A stretch of DNA of 46,844 nucleotides. Source: a virus. Lineage: Duplodnaviria > Heunggongvirae > Uroviricota > Caudoviricetes. Positions within the stretch are counted from its first letter, which is position 1. Each line of letters opens with the position of its first letter. The translations under genes and the position numbers were made by a program. A model generated the notes under the pieces. That model did no database searches, had not been told where the DNA came from, and worked only from the letters and a program-made list of their open reading frames with translations. The DNA lies in the IMG/VR virus record IMGVR_UViG_2534681940_000028. One strand, written 5' to 3'. Positions 40,739-46,844 of the stretch are shown piece after piece.

Positions 40739-41292
40739 TGATACCTGCATACATTAAATACCTTTATTCTGGCTTGCTTACTGTCGTCATTTCCAGGTAT
40801 AGTTTTTCCGCTGTCGCAAAATCGGCAGCCGGAATTGGCGTTCCGTATAACTTATTGGCGACAATTGACGCCCCTTGCGTCTTTTTTTACGTCGTAGCTC
40901 AGGCACAACCATTTTCAGGGCTGTGGTGTTTATGCTTACACCATGGTTCTATCGAGATAATGGTAGTCCGGGCGGGGCAGCCTTCGGGCTGGCCGGTTTC
41001 CAATAAGGCCGGTTACGCCAACCCCGTTCGGGCTGCCACCAGTGAAATTGGCGTTTCCGGTGGTAGCAATAACCGCTACTTATTGGAGGCTGCCATCATG
41101 GCTACAATCCTCACCCCGTCACACCCGCAATATGTCTTTGTGTTTGCCGCAATCCGCCGTGCTGACACTCACCCCCGCATCTGTATGCTTCGCACTGTCT
41201 CCTGCGATGAGCGTTCCGCGCGCCGTTTGCTAGTCCGAGATTATGTACTCTCCCTTTCTGCACGGCTGCCTGCCGGGGAGGTGACGCTATGA
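40735..41292 (+). CDS. hypothetical protein (true start possibly ATG 41098, giving 64 aa)
   Basis: ORF-track frame; 5' two-thirds overlaps a GC-rich repeated-hairpin region and may be non-coding; GGAGG precedes ATG 41098. Confidence 0.3.
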   Translation: MMIPAYIKYLYSGLLTVVISRYSFSAVAKSAAGIGVPYNLLATIDAPCVFFYVVAQAQPFSGLWCLCLHHGSIEIMVVRAGQPSGWPVSNKAGYANPVRAATSEIGVSGGSNNRYLLEAAIMATILTPSHPQYVFVFAAIRRADTHPRICMLRTVSCDERSARRLLVRDYVLSLSARLPAGEVTL

Positions 41293-41510
41293 ACCAGTTT
41301 GAGATTTCCTACGACGATGTTGTAAGGCTGAAACATTTACGCAATGTGGGTGAGTATGTAACTGGCATGGCAGCCCTGCAGGACTGTTATGAAAAGCCAG
41401 CAGGTGCCCAATGCGAACAACTGGTTTCCCTCATTTATCTGATGACAGAGCAACTGGATGGAGTGGTGCAACGCTGCCATGACGACCTGATGAATGCGGA
41501 GGTGGCCTGA
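41289..41510 (+). CDS. hypothetical protein (73 aa)
   Basis: ORF with start overlapping upstream stop; operon position upstream of primase. Confidence 0.4.
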   Translation: MNQFEISYDDVVRLKHLRNVGEYVTGMAALQDCYEKPAGAQCEQLVSLIYLMTEQLDGVVQRCHDDLMNAEVA

Positions 41511-41833
41511 TGATATGCTGTGAATCTCTTCTGGCACTTCGTGCCGCTCTGTATCGCCGTGCCGTTGCCTGTGCCTGGCTGGCTCTAAGCAATCATCAGG
41601 AACGTTATTCCGGCCTGACGCTCGCTGAACTTGAAGATGCCATAGCCCGCGAGCTGGAAGGGTTCTATCTGCGCCAGCATGGGCAGCAAAGAGGGCTGGA
41701 AATTGCCTGCGCGTTGCTTTCGGATCTGATGGAGTCGGGGCCGCTTAAAGCCTGTCCGGTTCTCTCACTGCTCGGAATGACGGTCATGGATGAACTTTGT
41801 TCCCGTCACCTCAACAAACCAGCGCTGCACTAA
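41510..41833 (+). CDS. hypothetical protein (107 aa)
   Basis: ORF with ATGA-type overlap; operon position upstream of primase. Confidence 0.4.
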   Translation: MICCESLLALRAALYRRAVACAWLALSNHQERYSGLTLAELEDAIARELEGFYLRQHGQQRGLEIACALLSDLMESGPLKACPVLSLLGMTVMDELCSRHLNKPALH

Positions 41834-41846
41834 GGAGGGCCGCACA

Positions 41847-44180
41847 ATGTCAGGAATGAAAGTTAGCCAGGCTGAGAAAGCAGCTCGGGGTCACTGGTCA
41901 AGAATTTTACCTGCGCTGGGCGTAAATGTACTGAAAAATCGGCACCAGCCCTGCCCGGTCTGTGCCGGGAAAGACCGCTTTCGATTTGATGACCAGGAAG
42001 GGCGGGGAACGTGGTTCTGTAACCAGTGCGGGGCAGGTGATGGCCTGGCGCTTGTAAGTAAAGTACTGGATGTAGGCATTAGTGAAGCGGCAGACAGAAT
42101 AAACGGCATTATCGGAAACCTGCTGCCAGTATCTCAGGGAATGCTTGAATCTGGTTCTCCTGAAAAAGAGGACGGGAGAAAAGCTGCAGCAGTGCTGGCT
42201 GCCCGTTTGTTTGATAAGTCCCGCCAGACCACTGGCAATGCCTATCTGACGAGTAAAGGGTTTCCTGCACTGCCTTGCCGGGAATTAACCGCTATGCATA
42301 AAGTCGGTGGTGTGGCATTTCGCGCGGGAGATCTTGTCGTTCCATTGTATGCAGATGGAGAGCTGGTAAATCTGCAGTTAATCAACGCTAATGGGGGCAA
42401 ATGCTTCCTTAAAGGCGGTCAGGTTAAGAATGCCTTTTACCTGGTTGAAGGTACTGCCAAAGCAGCCAAACGGCTCTGGATAGCGGAAGGATATGCCACC
42501 GCACTTACTATCAACTATCTGACTGGCGATGCTGTCATGGTGGCCTTTTCGTCCGTCAATTTCCTTTCCCTGGCGAGCATTGCCTGCAGTGAGTACCCAA
42601 CGCACCAGATAATTATTGCTGCTGACCGCGATCTCAACGGTGCGGGGCAAACAAGGGGCGCAGCTGTTACCGGGGCCTGCAATTGCACAATGGCGCTCCC
42701 GCCTGTGTTTGGTGACTGGAACGATGCATTCACGCAAAACGGCGAAGAAGCCACCCGGCATGCAATTCATGAAGTAATAAAACCAGCTGTTGCCAGCCCC
42801 TTCGACACAATGAGCGAAGCTGAATTTACCGCGCTGAGCGTCAGCGAAAAAGCGCAGAGGGTAGTGGATCACTATAAAAATTCACTGGCAGTAGACCCGA
42901 ACGGGCAGCTCCTTTCACGCTATGAGGCGGGGGCCTGGAAAGTTATCTATTACGCCGATTTTGCCCGTGATGTCGCTGCGCTGTTTCAGCGCCTCGACGC
43001 ACCTTTTTCATCCGCGAAAATTGCGTCTCTCGTGGAAACCCTCAAACTGATCGTTCCGCAACAGCAGAATCCGGCGCGGCAACTTATCGGATTTCGCAAC
43101 GGTGTGCTCGATACCCGGACAGGATTGTTCAGCCCGCACGATAAGAAGCACTGGTTACGTACGCTGTGCGAGGTGGATTACACGCAGCCCGTTGACGGTG
43201 AGTCACTGGAAACCCATGCCCCGGCATTCTGGCGCTGGCTGGATCGTGCCGCAGGTTTTAATCCTGAAAAACGGGACATTATTCTGGCTGCATTGTTTAT
43301 GGTGCTGGCTAACCGTTATGACTGGCAGCTGTTTCTGGAGGTCACTGGCCCTGGCGGAAGTGGAAAGAGTATTCTTGCTGAAATAGCAACCATGCTGGCG
43401 GGTGAAGATAACGCGACCTCGGCAACCATTGAAATGCTTGAGTCGCCAAGAGAACGAGCTGCGTTAATAGGTTTTTCACTGATTCGACTTCCCGACCAGG
43501 AAAAGTGGAGCGGTGACGGGGCCGGACTAAAAGCCATCACTGGCGGCGATGCGGTATCCGTTGATCCCAAATATCAGAACGCCTATTCAACCCACATCCC
43601 GGCGGTCATCCTGGCTGTGAACAATAATCCGATGCGCTTCACTGATCGTAGTGGTGGAGTTTCACGCCGAAGGGTGATCCTGCATTTCCCCGACCAGATA
43701 GCCCCGGAGGAACGCGATACCCAGCTCAAAGAGAAAATTGCCAGTGAGCTAGCGGTGATTGTTCGCCAGCTTATGCAGCGTTTCAGCGACCCAATGAGTG
43801 CCAGGACATTGCTTCAGTCACAGCAGAACTCCGATGAAGCGCTCACCATCAAACGTGATGCTGATTCAGCTTTTGATTTTTGCGGCTACCTTGAGGTCCT
43901 ACCTGACACCACGGGCATGTTTATGGGGAACGCTAATATTGTTCCACGTCAGCCTCGAACTTACCTCTACCATGCCTATCTGGTCTACATGGAGGCTAAC
44001 GGCTATAAAAATACGCTCAGTCTGACCATGTTTGGCAAGGGGCTACCGTTAATGCTCAAGGAATATGGGCTGCAGTATGAGAAACGACGGACCAATCAAG
44101 GAATGCAGACTAATCTGGCCCTAAGAGAGGAAAGCAATGCTGACTGGTTGCCAAAATGCGATGAGTTTGCAGCGAAATAA
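41847..44180 (+). CDS. P4 alpha-type primase-helicase (zinc-binding + TOPRIM + D5-like helicase domains)
   Basis: 777 aa from ATG 41847 with TAAGGAGG upstream; N-terminal CPVC...CNQCG zinc motif; Walker A TGPGGSGKS. Confidence 0.8.
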   Translation: MSGMKVSQAEKAARGHWSRILPALGVNVLKNRHQPCPVCAGKDRFRFDDQEGRGTWFCNQCGAGDGLALVSKVLDVGISEAADRINGIIGNLLPVSQGMLESGSPEKEDGRKAAAVLAARLFDKSRQTTGNAYLTSKGFPALPCRELTAMHKVGGVAFRAGDLVVPLYADGELVNLQLINANGGKCFLKGGQVKNAFYLVEGTAKAAKRLWIAEGYATALTINYLTGDAVMVAFSSVNFLSLASIACSEYPTHQIIIAADRDLNGAGQTRGAAVTGACNCTMALPPVFGDWNDAFTQNGEEATRHAIHEVIKPAVASPFDTMSEAEFTALSVSEKAQRVVDHYKNSLAVDPNGQLLSRYEAGAWKVIYYADFARDVAALFQRLDAPFSSAKIASLVETLKLIVPQQQNPARQLIGFRNGVLDTRTGLFSPHDKKHWLRTLCEVDYTQPVDGESLETHAPAFWRWLDRAAGFNPEKRDIILAALFMVLANRYDWQLFLEVTGPGGSGKSILAEIATMLAGEDNATSATIEMLESPRERAALIGFSLIRLPDQEKWSGDGAGLKAITGGDAVSVDPKYQNAYSTHIPAVILAVNNNPMRFTDRSGGVSRRRVILHFPDQIAPEERDTQLKEKIASELAVIVRQLMQRFSDPMSARTLLQSQQNSDEALTIKRDADSAFDFCGYLEVLPDTTGMFMGNANIVPRQPRTYLYHAYLVYMEANGYKNTLSLTMFGKGLPLMLKEYGLQYEKRRTNQGMQTNLALREESNADWLPKCDEFAAK

Positions 44181-44186
44181 CTGACC

Positions 44187-44209
44187 TAAGACCGGCTGTG
44201 CCGGTCTTA
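44187..44209. terminator. hairpin between convergent primase and orphan gene (terminator-like, no U-tract)
   Basis: 9-bp stem TAAGACCGG / CCGGTCTTA with CTGTG loop. Confidence 0.3.
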
Positions 44210-44312
44210 AATCCGCTACAGGAAATTATCTCAAAATATATATCGATAAAATTTAAAAGTTATATGCTAAGGCGTCAGCGGAAAATGCATCTAATTCATT
44301 GTTAGATGATGT

Positions 44313-45269
44313 TTATTTTTGAATTGATTTAAACATCCCATCGAGTTGTAATTTATTTATGTCGGTTTTCTTTATGGCTTTAATTAAGTTTTCAATAACT
44401 TCCAAAGAAAAAATTACATCTTTCTTTTCAATTCTAACCCCCCCGTGGTGGCTGCAAGCATTAAGGATGTCCTTTGTAATTTCAACATCATTTTTCATTA
44501 ATGGTTCATAGTCCAGAGCCTCAATAACAGAAACTAAACTACCTAGCATTTGCTCTTGGTATTGAACGTTGTTTAAATGCATTATACGAATATTAACAAG
44601 CATGAGAATATATTCTAAATATCTCCTGGCAGTATTTCCTTTCTCTTGTAAAGAATCACGATCATATTCCTCAATACTCATGACTTCATTATGTAAAGAG
44701 GCTATTTTGTGCTCTGCTAATGAAATATTTATCGCATCCATGAGGTTTCGTGAGAAGCCTGTAGATGTAACATGACCATTTGCGGGCCTTGTTAAAATAC
44801 ATGTAGTATAGCAATTTATATTTGGGGTCTGGATTGTCTCATTTACTCTTTTAACCGTTCTATAAACGTCTACCATATAAGAACCTGAGTTTTCAAATGA
44901 ACATGAAGAGCATTTTGTATTATATATTCTATTTAGAGATAACTGATTGTGATAGTATCCCTTTAAGAAAGCATATATAGTGTCATTAAACTCGACAAAC
45001 ACAACGGACTCAATATATATATGGAATTTATCATTGGGGTGCCACTCTAATTCAAGTCTTCTTGTAGAGTCATCAAAGGAAAAGTTTGAAATAAAATCCC
45101 AGTTACCTAAATCTATAAAATCAACGATATTTCTACCTGCACCATGGATATTTTTATTTATTAAAGTTGTGATTGAGTTTTTTATAATGTCCCAATCATG
45201 AATTTCATGATCGAATTTATTATTGATGGTTTCTTTTATTTGATTGGAAAAGTTTGAATAACTAGTCAC
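44313..45269 (-). CDS. AT-rich hypothetical protein (318 aa), orphan cargo at right end of satellite
   Basis: Long intact minus-strand ORF in strongly AT-rich DNA; no confident family match by eye; C-terminal RRYLEYIL...NACSHHGG region weakly HEPN-like. Confidence 0.55.
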   Translation of the reverse strand: MTSYSNFSNQIKETINNKFDHEIHDWDIIKNSITTLINKNIHGAGRNIVDFIDLGNWDFISNFSFDDSTRRLELEWHPNDKFHIYIESVVFVEFNDTIYAFLKGYYHNQLSLNRIYNTKCSSCSFENSGSYMVDVYRTVKRVNETIQTPNINCYTTCILTRPANGHVTSTGFSRNLMDAINISLAEHKIASLHNEVMSIEEYDRDSLQEKGNTARRYLEYILMLVNIRIMHLNNVQYQEQMLGSLVSVIEALDYEPLMKNDVEITKDILNACSHHGGVRIEKKDVIFSLEVIENLIKAIKKTDINKLQLDGMFKSIQK

Positions 45270-45801
45270 TTGTTAGCCTCAAAATTAATAATGAGTATTA
45301 AAATTTAATTGATATTGTCTATAAAATGTAGCGATGCAATTTTATTGCAACGAAATGATTTTTACAACATACCATTATCGCTAAACAAAATCGCACCCAT
45401 CAAATCAACTTACGTTACAATCACTACAAAGCGATTGCATTTAAATTCAAAACAGTTTTCTGTTGGGCGCATTTTTTGTTGTACTGGACTAAAGAGAAAA
45501 AATGGGGTAAGGAACAAATACCTTCCGTGCTCAAAAATTAGGTTTTTATGCACTTATTAATCAGTCAAGGTGAACAGTAAAGTGTTCACTTCTTATCAAT
45601 CGTTAATTTCATATCTTTTTGAATATTAATGAAAAAAAACACAATGAGTAGTATGAACAGTTTTCCCCCAAAAAAAGTTTTTTCTGCCTTGAGAATGCGC
45701 GGAAAGCGAACGCCTTCACCAATGTGTATAGGGGTGTGTGTAGTTTAAATCTTCTATTTTAATTTATGTATTAAAATCATTGTGTTGGTGGCGATTATTG
45801 G

Positions 45802-45818
45802 TTCCTATTATCGCACCA
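45802..45818 (+). repeat. degenerate direct repeat of the tRNA-Thr 3' end (presumptive attR of the satellite)
   Basis: TTCCTATTATCGCACCA versus CTCCTATTATCGGCACCA at 32922-32939. Confidence 0.4.
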
Positions 45819-45944
45819 TTTAAATCAAGTAGTTACCCCATATTTAAATACACCACGTTTCCTCCTGTGCCGCATTTGTGCCATTGTAACCCTGGCAATT
45901 AATCAAAATACTGTTCTGACATCAGGCAATGCAGGTGCAGACAT

Positions 45945-46844
45945 TTAAGCCAATTGCTGCCGCCATTCCTTAACGTGGTCAATCAGAGCGCGGAGCTTTG
46001 GTGCAATATTGCGACGCTGTGGGAAATACAGATAGAAGCCCGGAAATTGTGGAAGAAAGTCATCAAGCAGAGATACAAGCTTACCGCTTTCAATATACGG
46101 CCTGAAAGTTTCCTGAGTGGCAATTGTTATTCCTCCGCCGGCAAGAGCCAGCCTCAACATCAGACGCAGATCATTAGTCGTAATCTGCGGTTCAATCGCA
46201 AGGTCGAAAGCTCTCCCGTTTTCTTCAAATGGCCAGCGATAAGGCGCAACCTCCGGGGACTGACGCCAGCCGATACACTTATGATTCACAAGTTCACGCG
46301 GATGAACAGGTGTGCTGTTGGCTGCGAGATAGGAGGGAGAGGCAACGACCATTTCACGCTGCCTGCCGGTAAGGGGCACAGCAATCATGTCTTTTTCAAT
46401 GACCTCTCCGAGCCTTACGCCAGCATCGTAACCTGCGGCCACGATATCGAATTCCTCATCCGTGACAACAATATCAAGCGTAACGGCTGGATTGGCTGCT
46501 GCAAACGAAGCGATTAGCGGACCTGAAAGAAATTCTTCAGCTATTGACGTCACCGCGATTCTGAGAAGTCCGCGTGGCACATGGTCAGAAACCATCTCTT
46601 CGAACGCTGCCTCAATACCGGATAAAGGTAATGACAGCGATTTATGCAGCCGTTCTCCCGCTTCTGTCAAATTAACTGAGCGCGTGGTCCGCATTACAAG
46701 CATTGTCCCGAATGCATCTTCAAGGCGTCTTATTCCCTGACTGACCGCTGAACGGGTAACGCCCAGCCGTGCGGCGGCTTTACTAAAATTACTCTCTTCT
46801 GCTACCGCGATAAAAATGGGTAAAAGATTAAGATCGATTTTCAT
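45945..46844 (-). CDS. LysR-family transcriptional regulator
   Basis: 299 aa; N-terminal LysR HTH (LNLLPIFIAVAEESNFSKAAARLGVTRSAVSQGIRRLE); start codon at window edge 46844-46842. Confidence 0.8.
   Translation of the reverse strand: MKIDLNLLPIFIAVAEESNFSKAAARLGVTRSAVSQGIRRLEDAFGTMLVMRTTRSVNLTEAGERLHKSLSLPLSGIEAAFEEMVSDHVPRGLLRIAVTSIAEEFLSGPLIASFAAANPAVTLDIVVTDEEFDIVAAGYDAGVRLGEVIEKDMIAVPLTGRQREMVVASPSYLAANSTPVHPRELVNHKCIGWRQSPEVAPYRWPFEENGRAFDLAIEPQITTNDLRLMLRLALAGGGITIATQETFRPYIESGKLVSLLDDFLPQFPGFYLYFPQRRNIAPKLRALIDHVKEWRQQLA

Larger units (their letters stand above)
32894..45818. mobile_element. P4-like satellite / integrative element (~12.9 kb)
   Basis: tRNA fragment + P4-type integrase, delta/psu/sid, alpA, alpha-type primase; imperfect direct repeat CTCCTATTATCGGCACCA (32922-32939) / TTCCTATTATCGCACCA (45802-45818). 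Confidence 0.6.

Noticed and set aside
45309-45560. 83-aa plus-strand ORF in the AT-rich region upstream of the 318-aa gene
   Set aside because: Lies in the presumptive promoter region of the minus-strand gene; AT-rich low-complexity; no RBS
45880-45930. CTGT-N8-CAGG motif near the LysR gene as a possible SOS box
   Set aside because: Does not fit the CTGT-N8-ACAG LexA consensus; no other convincing SOS boxes found by eye

Overview
The window reads as a mosaic of mobile DNA in an enterobacterial (E. coli-like) chromosome. All calls come from reading the sequence and the ORF track by eye and from recalled protein families; no searches were run. (1) 1-279: left end of an IS3-family insertion sequence with the 5' part of its orfA on the minus strand. 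(2) about 280-30813: a prophage with a lambdoid early/nin module (replication initiator with internal repeats, PerC-like protein, Dam-type methylase, LexA-DBD-only protein, RusA, KilA-N, DUF968-like, Q antiterminator), an AT-rich moron between Q and the lysis genes, lambda-like lysis cassette (holin, R, Rz/Rz1) and bor, an HK97-type head module (HNH, TerS, TerL, portal, protease, capsid), a Mu-type contractile tail and baseplate, a Pin-invertible tail-fibre segment, an orphan GIY-YIG nuclease-family gene, and a decayed tRNA-Ser 3' fragment as presumptive att. No integrase or immunity genes are in the window. (3) 30814-32893: an AT-rich AraC-family regulator gene and an IS3-family transposase fragment. 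(4) 32894-45818: a P4-like satellite, starting at a 46-nt tRNA-Thr 3' fragment, with integrase, a Lamassu/ABC-3C-like three-gene cassette broken by frameshifts, delta/psu/sid, alpA, primase, an AT-rich 318-aa orphan gene and a degenerate att repeat. (5) 45945-46844: a LysR-family regulator gene on the minus strand. No intact tRNA/rRNA genes and no CRISPR array were seen. The best candidates for undescribed or accessory systems are the GIY-YIG orphan (29684-30571), the 318-aa orphan (44313-45269), the Q-to-lysis moron (6047-7108) and the decayed cassette in the satellite hotspot (34287-37557).
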